A program made the position numbers and the translations under genes. From positions 1 through 59,037 of the forward strand of contig JBBDLO010000036.1 of NCBI GenBank assembly GCA_040878815.1: 59,037 nt of DNA, read 5' to 3'. This document shows, piece by piece, positions 37,285-45,564 of this stretch (its first letter is position 1; every line of letters starts with the position of its first letter). Under the pieces are notes generated by a model. That model searched no databases. It was given only the letters and a program-made list of their open reading frames with translations, and was not told the origin of the DNA. Origin of the DNA: Gemmatimonadota bacterium. GTDB lineage: Bacteria > Gemmatimonadota > Gemmatimonadetes > Longimicrobiales > Gaopeijiaceae.

Positions 37285-38409
37285 ATGTCGAACGGTGGTC
37301 GCGGGAAGGGTGGGCGGAAGCCGGCGGAGTCCAGTCCGTCCGACCTGCTGGATCTGACTCCAGACGAGATGGACGCCCGCCTGGGCGCCCATTTCAGGGC
37401 GCGCGGTCAGCCCTCTTTCCGCGTGGACCAGGTTCGACGCTGGGTGTACGAGACGGGGATTTCGTCGATCGAGTCGATGACGAACCTTCCGGGCGCAGAG
37501 CGGAAGGCCCTGGCCATGGCCTTTCGGCTCGCGGCACCCGATTCGGTCACCGTATCGAGGTCCTCGGACGGCACCGCGAAGCACCTCTGGAAACTCTCCG
37601 ACGGAGAGCTCATCGAGTCGGTCCTCATCCCCACCTCGGAGCGTCTCACCCTCTGCATCTCCTCGCAGGCCGGATGCGCGATGGGTTGCACCTTCTGCGC
37701 CACGGGGTGGGGAGGCTTCTCTCGGCAACTCAGCGCCGGGGAGATCGTCATGCAGTACCGGGCCTCGCGGCAGTGGGCGGAGGAGCACGAGATGGGCCCC
37801 ATCACCAATGTGGTGTACATGGGAATGGGAGAGCCGCTCTCGAATCGGGGTGCCGTGCACGCGTCCCTCACGATCCTGAACCAGGGATTCGGAGTCGGGG
37901 CCCGACGGATCACCGTCTCGACGGTGGGGGTCGTTCCGGGGATTCTCGAACTGGCGGCGCGGCCGGAGCAATTCGGGCTGGCCCTTTCGCTTCATGCTTC
38001 CGAGTCGGAATTGCGCGGAACGCTGATCCCGCTGGAGAAACGGCATCCCCTCCCGGAGCTGATGGCGGCGTTGCAGACCTTTCGGGAGGGAACGGGGCGA
38101 CGAGTCACCTTCGAGTATACGATGATCCAGGGGATCAATGACGCCGAGGAGCTCGCTCCAAAGCTGGCGGCTCTGGCCCGAGAGGCGCACGCCTTCGTGA
38201 ACCTGATCCCCTTCAATCCGATCCCCGATCAGGAATGGGTAGCCTCGAGCCCGGATCGCACGGAATTCTTCCGCAGGACGCTCGAGGGGGCCGGAGTGGC
38301 CGTCGCCGTGCGGGAGCCCCGAGGCCGCGACATCGATGCGGCCTGCGGGCAATTGCGGGCGCGGGCGCTGGTGCAGATCGACGCTGAGGGGGCTTCCTCC
38401 GAAGCCTGA
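37285..38409 (+). CDS. rlmN: 23S rRNA/tRNA (adenine-C2)-methyltransferase RlmN, radical SAM
   Basis: The sequence CISSQAGCAMGCTFCATG (CxxxCxxC), plus NVVYMGMGEPL and the RlmN-type C-terminal DIDAACGQL. GAGGGAAGG lies upstream of the ATG. Confidence 0.9.
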   Translation: MSNGGRGKGGRKPAESSPSDLLDLTPDEMDARLGAHFRARGQPSFRVDQVRRWVYETGISSIESMTNLPGAERKALAMAFRLAAPDSVTVSRSSDGTAKHLWKLSDGELIESVLIPTSERLTLCISSQAGCAMGCTFCATGWGGFSRQLSAGEIVMQYRASRQWAEEHEMGPITNVVYMGMGEPLSNRGAVHASLTILNQGFGVGARRITVSTVGVVPGILELAARPEQFGLALSLHASESELRGTLIPLEKRHPLPELMAALQTFREGTGRRVTFEYTMIQGINDAEELAPKLAALAREAHAFVNLIPFNPIPDQEWVASSPDRTEFFRRTLEGAGVAVAVREPRGRDIDAACGQLRARALVQIDAEGASSEA

Positions 38410-38478
38410 GGGGCACGGGCCTCGGGCTCTCCGCCCACCTTGGGCTCATCGCACGTCCGCCGCTTCCTACCGGTCTCC

Positions 38479-39270
38479 CTACCGGATCCCCCGCCCGATG
38501 CGGTTCCAGCGGATCTCTCTGAGAAAGGGAAAGGCCTCCGTGGAGCCGCGATTGTAGGAGAAGTAGAAGAACATCGCCTTCCCCTCGATCCGCCAGCGTT
38601 CGATCAGACCCCAATATCTGGAGTCATAGGAAAAGTCCCGGTTGTCCCCGAGCATGAAGAAGAATCCGTCGGGAATCACGAGGGGCCCCCAGTTGTCTCG
38701 CGTCGGTCGGTATTCGAGAGGATCCACCCCCGACACCAGAAACTCCCGTTGCCAGAGCATGATGGGATCCTCGTCGTCGCCCCGCGGGTCGTTCCATCTC
38801 GCATAGGGTTCCTCCTGCGCCGCGCCATTCAGGAAGAACGTCTTGTCGCGCATCTCCACCGTGTCTCCCGGCATCCCGACCAGCCGTTTGACGAGCTTCA
38901 TCGCGTCTTCATGCGCTGGATCGAAGACGAGCACCTCGCCTCGCTGCGGTTCCGAATAGCCAGGCGTTCGGACTTGCGTGCCGGGAAGCCGCGTGCCGAG
39001 CGCGAGGCGATTCACCATGAGGAAGTCGCCGACGAGGAGGGTGTCTTCCATCGACCCGGAGGTGATCACGAAGGTCTGAACGAGAAAGCTGCGGATGACG
39101 ACGAGAAGCACGAGAGTCAGAAGGATCGTCTTCCCCCACTCCCAGAGTTCTCCTCGGACCGATTTCCCGCCGTCAGGGCCGGACTCCGGCCGTCGGGCCG
39201 TGCCCCCTTCGCGACGGGGAGCTACCGGCCGCCTCTCCTTGCCCCCCCTGCGGCGTTCGCCCTTAGCCAT
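38479..39270 (-). CDS. lepB: Signal peptidase I
   Basis: Motifs SGSMEDTLLVGDFLMVNR, GDTVE and GDNRDFSYDSRYWG. Confidence 0.9.
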   Translation of the reverse strand: MAKGERRRGGKERRPVAPRREGGTARRPESGPDGGKSVRGELWEWGKTILLTLVLLVVIRSFLVQTFVITSGSMEDTLLVGDFLMVNRLALGTRLPGTQVRTPGYSEPQRGEVLVFDPAHEDAMKLVKRLVGMPGDTVEMRDKTFFLNGAAQEEPYARWNDPRGDDEDPIMLWQREFLVSGVDPLEYRPTRDNWGPLVIPDGFFFMLGDNRDFSYDSRYWGLIERWRIEGKAMFFYFSYNRGSTEAFPFLREIRWNRIGRGIR

Positions 39271-39273
39271 GGC

Positions 39274-39726
39274 TCAGCTCTCCTCCTCCGGATCCGGCGT
39301 CCAGTCGGACCCGAGCAACACCGTGACGTCCACCAGTCGAGTGGGGTCCGGTTCCGACCGCACCTCCGCGATCCCCAGCGCCTCGGCCACCCCCGCCGCA
39401 GACTCCTCCTTGTCGATGCGTCCTAGTACCACGGACACCTCGCGGTCGAAGGTCGCGGCATTCCCGAAGTAGACGACATCGAACCCGCGGTCCCGCAGAT
39501 GGTCCTTGGCCAGGCCGGCCATCCCGGGGATTCCCCCCGCATTCAGGACCTCGACCCGAATCCGATCCTCCGGACCCGGGAGGTAGGCCGGGTCGACTTC
39601 CAGGGCGCGGGCAGCATCTTCGGGACTCAGTCCGCCCGGGACGAGGGCCCCGACGCCCAGCCCGATGGCGATCAACCCGAGCACGGCCGCCAGCGGCCAG
39701 AGCGATTCGCGCCGCCGCCTACGCAT
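39274..39726 (-). CDS. LytR_C (cell-envelope-related attenuator C-terminal) domain membrane protein
   Basis: N-terminal TM, then IRVEVLNAGGIPGMAGLAKDHLRDRGFDVVYFGNA...VTVLLGSD, the LytR_C pattern. Confidence 0.6.
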   Translation of the reverse strand: MRRRRRESLWPLAAVLGLIAIGLGVGALVPGGLSPEDAARALEVDPAYLPGPEDRIRVEVLNAGGIPGMAGLAKDHLRDRGFDVVYFGNAATFDREVSVVLGRIDKEESAAGVAEALGIAEVRSEPDPTRLVDVTVLLGSDWTPDPEEES

Positions 39727-40621
39727 GGCTCCCCACCTGGGGATCGGCCCGCTCAGCCCCGAGTACGAGGTTGTCGATCAGCCGCGTGGAGCCGACGAAT
39801 CCTGCGAGGGCGATCACCGACCCGGCCCGTACGGCCTCGACCGCATCGAGCGTGTCCGCATCCACGATCTCGGAATACTGGAGGACCAAGCTGGGGTGCT
39901 CGGCCACTACCTCCCGAACGCGCGCCAGGAGCCCCTCCGGATCCGAAAGGCCGCCACGGAACGCTTCGTCCGCCTCCGTCAGAGCGCGCACGAAGCCGAG
40001 GGCCTGACTTCGCTCCGCCGGGGAGAGGTAGGCATTCCGCGAGCTGAGGGCGAGACCGTCCTCGCCTCGCACGAGCGGGATTACATCGATCTCGACGCCC
40101 AGCTCGAGGTCGCTCACCATGCGGCGAATCAATGCCGCCTGTTGGAGGTCCTTCCGACCGAAAACGGCGACCGCCGGCCGCACAATCCCGAAGAGCTTGG
40201 CGACGACGGTAAGGACCCCCTCGAAGTGTCCCGGACGAAAGCGCCCACATAGTCGATCCCCCATGACCCCAGGGCTCACACGAACCCGCGGCTCTCCATC
40301 GAAGAACATCTCTCTCGCCTCCGGTGCGAATACGAGCGAGACCCCGTGCGCACCGGCCAGATCGACATCGCGATCGAGATCTCGCGGATACCGGTCCAGA
40401 TCTTCGCCGCTCCCGAACTGGAGCGGATTGACGAAGACCGAGGCGACCACGCAGCTCGCCAGAGACGCCGCTCGATCGAAGAGGACGAGGTGACCCTCGT
40501 GAAGGGCCCCCATCGTCGGAACGAGCGCGACGCCTCCCTCGGTGGCGCGGTGCGCAGCGAGGGCCTCACTCAACTCCGCCCGACTCCGGACCACGGTGGG
40601 CCGCCGTACCCCCACGATCAT
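39719..40621 (-). CDS. panC: Pantoate--beta-alanine ligase
   Basis: The sequence VPTMGALHEGHLVLF, plus VASVFVNPLQF and RFRPGHFEGVLTVV. I place the start at the ATG overlapping the panB stop (ATGA at 40618-40621). Confidence 0.9.
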   Translation of the reverse strand: MIVGVRRPTVVRSRAELSEALAAHRATEGGVALVPTMGALHEGHLVLFDRAASLASCVVASVFVNPLQFGSGEDLDRYPRDLDRDVDLAGAHGVSLVFAPEAREMFFDGEPRVRVSPGVMGDRLCGRFRPGHFEGVLTVVAKLFGIVRPAVAVFGRKDLQQAALIRRMVSDLELGVEIDVIPLVRGEDGLALSSRNAYLSPAERSQALGFVRALTEADEAFRGGLSDPEGLLARVREVVAEHPSLVLQYSEIVDADTLDAVEAVRAGSVIALAGFVGSTRLIDNLVLGAERADPQVGSHA

Positions 40622-41496
40622 GCCTCCTCCCCGAAGGTATGCTCGGCCCCGGGATAGCGACGCGAATGCACTTCTTCCACGTACGCACGGACCCCGTCCC
40701 GAGCCTCGTCGGCGAGTCGTGCAAAGCGCTTCAGAAAGCGCGGAGAAAAGGACGGATTGAGCCCCAACGCATCGGGCAGCACGAGGACCTGTCCGTCGCA
40801 TGCCGCGCCTGCCCCGATGCCGATCGTGGGGATCGAGAGGTCGGCCGTGACCGACGCGGCGACGTCGCCCGGAATGAGCTCGAGCACCAGGGAGAAGCAC
40901 CCCGCCTGTTCGAGCGCCGAGGCCTCCGCACGAAGTCGCTCGGCCGACTCCCGTCCTCTCCCCTGCACACGGGATCCACCGAGGGTGTTCACGGACTGCG
41001 GAACGAAGCCCAGATGACCCATGACGGGAATTCCAGCCTGCACCAACGCCCGCACTCGGCTGCAGGCGGCCGGGTGTCCGCCCTCCAGTTTTACCGCCTC
41101 CACCCCGGCCTCCTTGAGCGCCCTTCCCGCATTACGAAGGGCCTCCTCATCCGATACCTGATAGCTCAGGAAGGGAAGATCCATCACCAGGAAGGTGCCC
41201 GGGGCTCCACGCCGCACGGCCCGTGCGTGATGAATCATCTCGTCCAGGGTCACGGGAAGGGTAGAGTCATACCCGAGCACTACCTGACCCAGAGAATCTC
41301 CCACGAGGATCATGTCGATCCCGGCCTCTTCCAGGAGCTGTGCGAAGAGAAAGTCGTAGCAGGTCAGGACGGCAATCGGCGTCCCCTGGGTCTTCTTCTC
41401 CAGGAAGTCCCGGACGGTCGGCTTCTTTGGTGTTGGCTGAGGAGGGAGCGACACGGGCATGGGGGGCCGTTCGGCCCGCTCGGAGGGAGGGGTCAT
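40618..41496 (-). CDS. panB: 3-methyl-2-oxobutanoate hydroxymethyltransferase
   Basis: Motifs LTCYDFLFAQLLEEAGIDMILVGDSLG, VKLEGG, GHLGFVPQS and IGIGAG. Confidence 0.9.
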   Translation of the reverse strand: MTPPSERAERPPMPVSLPPQPTPKKPTVRDFLEKKTQGTPIAVLTCYDFLFAQLLEEAGIDMILVGDSLGQVVLGYDSTLPVTLDEMIHHARAVRRGAPGTFLVMDLPFLSYQVSDEEALRNAGRALKEAGVEAVKLEGGHPAACSRVRALVQAGIPVMGHLGFVPQSVNTLGGSRVQGRGRESAERLRAEASALEQAGCFSLVLELIPGDVAASVTADLSIPTIGIGAGAACDGQVLVLPDALGLNPSFSPRFLKRFARLADEARDGVRAYVEEVHSRRYPGAEHTFGEEA

Positions 41497-41616
41497 GCGT
41501 CGCCGGACGATAGGCGCACCCGGGAATCATGTCAAACCCCGAGGCTCCCGGCAGCGTAGCAGCCTGTTGAACTACTGGCTGCTAGGTCTCCTCTTCGCTT
41601 CGGGGTACCTTGAGGG

Positions 41617-43272
41617 ATGCCGATGCGATGGGATCCACTACTGGCCGCCGCCACCGCCCGGGAACTCGCGGGCAGCCTATCGGGAGCGCGGACCCGTGCC
41701 ATCCTCTTCGATGTCCCGTCCCGGCGGGTCCTGCTCTTCCTCCGAGAGCACACGGTCGCGATGGAGCTCCACCCGCTTCAGGGCTGGCTCTCGATCCTCC
41801 CCGCAGCAGATCCCCCGCCGGAGGCGCGCCCCCTCTCCGGCCGCATTCGGACCGTCCGATCGGTCCCCGACGAAAGCATCCTGGTCCTCGAGATCGACCG
41901 CCGGGGCGGCGGAGTCGAGATCGTCTTCGAGATGGTCGGCAATCGCTGGAATGCATTGGTCGTCGAGTCGGAGAGCCGGACCATTCGGCACGTTCTCCTC
42001 CCGCGGGAGGGAGGTCCTCGACCCCTGACGGTCGGGGCTCCGTACACCCTTCCCCCCTCTACCGGACGTCGTGGGATCGACGGTTCCATCGATCCGTCGA
42101 GTTGGACGGAGGTCACCGGTCCAGGAGCCGCTCCGGCCGAGGCACGCGCCCGCGCCCTCCTGAAGGGTGTCGCCTGGACCTCCTCCCTGAATGTCGGGCC
42201 CCTCACCGCCGGCGACGGACCGGAGGCCTGGAAGTCGATGACGGATCCAGAAAACTGGGGCGCCTTCCTCCTCCGCACCGAGCGCGGCCTCCAGCCGTAC
42301 CCAATTCCGGTGGAGGGAGTGGAATGCGAGGCCGTCGGTTCCCTCGTTGAGGCCCTCGCACGCGTCCGAGAAGCCGACGAGGCGTCGCTTCCACCCGCAG
42401 GACTCCTCCTCCCCGCGCGTCTGCTGGAACGGGCCGCCGATCGCGTGCGCCGAGAAGACCGAAAGGCGGCGGCCCTACGTAGAGAATTGGCGGAGTCCGG
42501 CGATCCTGAGGTGGAACGGAGCATCGGAGATCTGCTTTTGGCCCGATTCTCGGAGGTGCCGCGGGGTTCGCATCACGTCACCCTGACCGACTTCGATGGC
42601 GCGACGGTCGAGGTCGAGCTCGATCCCACCCTGGCGCCCCACGAGAACGCCGCCAAGCGCTACGACGAAGCCGCCCGACTCGCCCGCGCACGCGCGGCGC
42701 TGCCGGAGCGCATTGCCACGGCCGAGTCCGAGCGGGACCGCTGGCAGGATCGGTTGGATCGGACCCTGGATGGCCGCATGGCTCCCTCTGAGCTGGCGGG
42801 GGCATTGGGTCCCGATCCACGCGAACGGTCCGGCACTCCGGGACGAGCCGCTCCCTCGCTCCCCTATCGGCGATTCGTGAGTTCCGGCGGACTGGAGATC
42901 CGTGTCGGTCGGGGTGCACGCCACAACGACGCGCTGACCTTACACCACTCCGATCCGGAAGATATCTGGCTCCACGCGCACCAGGCTCCCGGTGCCCACG
43001 TGATCCTTCGGTGGGGCCGGAAGGAGGGTCCACCCCGTACGGATCTCCTGGAGGCGGCCACCCTGGCCGCCCTCCATTCGGAGGCCCGTCACTCCGGTAG
43101 CGTCCCGGTGGTCTGGACACGAAGAAAGCACGTCCGGAAGCCCCGCAAGTCCGCGCCGGGAGCCGTTCGGCCGGAGCGCATCGCCACCCTCATGGTCGAA
43201 CCGGATCCCGAGGTGGGGCGTCGCCTCGCTCCGGGAGCGGCGGAGGGCGATCCAACGGGGACGAACCACTAG
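41617..43272 (+). CDS. NFACT-family protein (FbpA/RqcH-like) with a C-terminal NFACT-R (DUF814) domain
   Basis: NFACT-N-like N-terminus (LAAATARELAGSLSGARTRAILF...DESILVLEI). The C-terminal SGGLEIRVGRGARHNDALTLHHSDPEDIWLHAHQAPGAHVILR is the DUF814 signature. Confidence 0.7.
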   Translation: MPMRWDPLLAAATARELAGSLSGARTRAILFDVPSRRVLLFLREHTVAMELHPLQGWLSILPAADPPPEARPLSGRIRTVRSVPDESILVLEIDRRGGGVEIVFEMVGNRWNALVVESESRTIRHVLLPREGGPRPLTVGAPYTLPPSTGRRGIDGSIDPSSWTEVTGPGAAPAEARARALLKGVAWTSSLNVGPLTAGDGPEAWKSMTDPENWGAFLLRTERGLQPYPIPVEGVECEAVGSLVEALARVREADEASLPPAGLLLPARLLERAADRVRREDRKAAALRRELAESGDPEVERSIGDLLLARFSEVPRGSHHVTLTDFDGATVEVELDPTLAPHENAAKRYDEAARLARARAALPERIATAESERDRWQDRLDRTLDGRMAPSELAGALGPDPRERSGTPGRAAPSLPYRRFVSSGGLEIRVGRGARHNDALTLHHSDPEDIWLHAHQAPGAHVILRWGRKEGPPRTDLLEAATLAALHSEARHSGSVPVVWTRRKHVRKPRKSAPGAVRPERIATLMVEPDPEVGRRLAPGAAEGDPTGTNH

Positions 43273-44105
43273 GCGCCGCGGTCCATCGCGACGCGGAGCG
43301 ACGCCAGAAAGTCGCGCCCCCCGTCGACGCCCCCGCGGTCCACCGCGTCGATGAGCGCACTTCCGACGACCACCCCGTCCGCCACAGCCCCCACCAGTGC
43401 CGCCTGCTCCGGAGTCGAGATCCCGAATCCGACGGCAATGGGGAGCTCCACGAGCTCTCGAAGGACCTCCACCTCTCGGCCGAGCTCCCCGCGGAGTTCC
43501 GTCCGCGCTCCTGTCACGCCGGCCCGGGAGATGTAGTACAGGAAGCCTGAGGCCCCCTCCGCGATCTCTCGAACCCGGTCGGGAACCGTCGTTGGCGCCA
43601 GGAGTCGGATCAAGGAGAGCCCCCCCTCCGGCACGGCACGCTCGAGCTCGGGATCGGCACCGGCGGGTAGATCGGTGAGGAGAAGCCCCTGTGCGCCTGC
43701 CTCCTTCGCCGCCTTCACGAAGGCCTTCAACCCGAAGTGGTAGACGGGATTCAGGTACGTGAAGAGGACGACGGGCGTGTCATGATCCCGCCGGAACTCC
43801 CGCAGAAGGTCGAGCGCTCCGCGCACCGTCATTCCGCCCTCGAGCGCCTCGAACGTGGCCTTCTGGATCGTGGGCCCGTCCGCCAGGGGATCCGAAAAGG
43901 GCACGCCGATTTCGAGCAGATCCGCCCCCGCTTCCACGGCCGCATGCATCAGCGCCAGGCTCTCGTCCCGCGAGGGATGGCCGGCGCAGATGTAGGGAAT
44001 CAGGGCCGCCTGACCGCGCTCCTTTCGCACCCGAAAGACTTCGGAGATGGACCGAGCGCGCGGCTCGGAGGGGCGGGAGGTCGGGGTCGCAGGGGCTTCG
44101 GACAT
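43269..44105 (-). CDS. trpA: Tryptophan synthase alpha chain
   Basis: Motifs ALIPYICAGHPS, ADLLEIGVPFSDPLADGPTIQ, YLNP and GFGIS. The start lies 7 nt after the HD-GYP gene stop, with AGGA upstream. Confidence 0.9.
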   Translation of the reverse strand: MSEAPATPTSRPSEPRARSISEVFRVRKERGQAALIPYICAGHPSRDESLALMHAAVEAGADLLEIGVPFSDPLADGPTIQKATFEALEGGMTVRGALDLLREFRRDHDTPVVLFTYLNPVYHFGLKAFVKAAKEAGAQGLLLTDLPAGADPELERAVPEGGLSLIRLLAPTTVPDRVREIAEGASGFLYYISRAGVTGARTELRGELGREVEVLRELVELPIAVGFGISTPEQAALVGAVADGVVVGSALIDAVDRGGVDGGRDFLASLRVAMDRGA

Positions 44106-44112
44106 CGGTCCT

Positions 44113-45564
44113 CTAGTTGGTCACGTAGTCGGCGACGCGAATGTCATACCGATTCGGATCAGCGGTCTTGATGATCGTGCGCCGGGCTTGGCCGGTCGCG
44201 GGGTCGGCCTCGTCGAGCCGCGCCACGATCGGTTCGGGGAGAGGCATCCCCATCTCGTCGGCCAATATCTTCACCTCGGGCTGGTGCGGGCGCTCCGGAT
44301 CGGGATTCGCACGCGTTACGACGCCGAGCTCGAATGTGTCGAGGATCACGAGTGTGCCCACGGGATAGACCCCGGTCGCCGTCATCAGGGCCTTCACGAG
44401 GAGTGGATCGAAGCCCCTCTTCGGGTTGTCCCGCATCTCCTTCATCACCTCGTCCGGAGACCAGGGCTTGAACTGGTAGCTCCGCACCGAGGTCCCGGCA
44501 TCGAAGCCGTCCGCCACGGCCACGATCCGCGAAAAAAGGCCGATCTCTCGGGGACGCCGCGTCGGAGGGTACCCGGTGAGATCCGTCTTCATGTGGTGCT
44601 CGTACGCGACCAACATCTGCCGGTAGGGAATGTCCAGAAACCCCTGCATCTGGAAGAGCGCGAGGAGCCCCTCGGTGGGATGGGCCTTGAGGATCTCCCA
44701 CTCCTCGTCCGTGAGGTGTTCTTCCTTATTGAGCACCTCTCCCTCGATCCGGGACTTTCCGACGTCGTGGAAGAGCGCGCCGAGGCCGAGTTCATAGAGT
44801 TGCCGCTTCTCGAGTTCGAGCCGCTGTCCGATCACGACGGAGAAGATGCACACGTTGACGGAGTGCGTGAAGGTGTACTCGTCGAAGTCGCGGAGCGTCG
44901 TCATCGCGAGGATGGAGGGTTCGTTGGAAAGGACCTGATCCACGATCCCCTGCACCGCTCGCTTCACCTTTCCCACATTCACGGCCCGGCCGATGCGTGT
45001 GTCCGCGAGCGCCTCCCGGGCCGCCTGAACGGAATGGGCGTACGTGCGCTTCGCCCCCTCCAATGCCTCTCCCTCGAGGTCGAGAGGCTGGGCTTCGCGC
45101 TCGGCCTGAACTTCAATGGCTCGGACCGGGGTTGCGGAGAGCCGTTCCAGGAACCCCTCGAAGGGATCCCCATCCGCAGCTTCGCGGAGGAAGAGAGCAA
45201 GAAACGGCGCCCACTCCCGAAGCTCCACTCCGGCCTCGACCGTCACCTCGCCTACGCCGTGCACGCGCAACGCGTGCGCGAAGGATCCGAAGGTAGAGAA
45301 GTTGCGAAGATCGAGGCGAAGACGGGTGTCATTGAGGAAGAAGAAGTCGCCCACCATACGGATTCCAAGACCCCCCTCTCGGTCCAGGAGGGGAGTCACG
45401 ATTCCCTGGACCTCGGCGAGCGCCTGCTGCACGACGTCGTTCTCGAGCGGATAGAACTTGAGGGCCCGCATGGCTCCGTATAGGGCCGCCAGTACCTTCC
45501 GGCCCTCATCCTGCAGCGCCGAGGGGGTGTTGGCGGCGCGCGGGTCCCCTCCCCTCTCATCCAT
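44113..45564 (-). CDS. HD-GYP domain phosphohydrolase with an uncharacterised N-terminal domain
   Basis: Motifs HSVNVCIFS, GALFHDVGK and YEHHMKTDLTGYP (HD...HH...GYP). The start was re-called to MDERGG, which overlaps the stop of the upstream HEAT gene by 8 nt. Confidence 0.8.
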   Translation of the reverse strand: MDERGGDPRAANTPSALQDEGRKVLAALYGAMRALKFYPLENDVVQQALAEVQGIVTPLLDREGGLGIRMVGDFFFLNDTRLRLDLRNFSTFGSFAHALRVHGVGEVTVEAGVELREWAPFLALFLREAADGDPFEGFLERLSATPVRAIEVQAEREAQPLDLEGEALEGAKRTYAHSVQAAREALADTRIGRAVNVGKVKRAVQGIVDQVLSNEPSILAMTTLRDFDEYTFTHSVNVCIFSVVIGQRLELEKRQLYELGLGALFHDVGKSRIEGEVLNKEEHLTDEEWEILKAHPTEGLLALFQMQGFLDIPYRQMLVAYEHHMKTDLTGYPPTRRPREIGLFSRIVAVADGFDAGTSVRSYQFKPWSPDEVMKEMRDNPKRGFDPLLVKALMTATGVYPVGTLVILDTFELGVVTRANPDPERPHQPEVKILADEMGMPLPEPIVARLDEADPATGQARRTIIKTADPNRYDIRVADYVTN

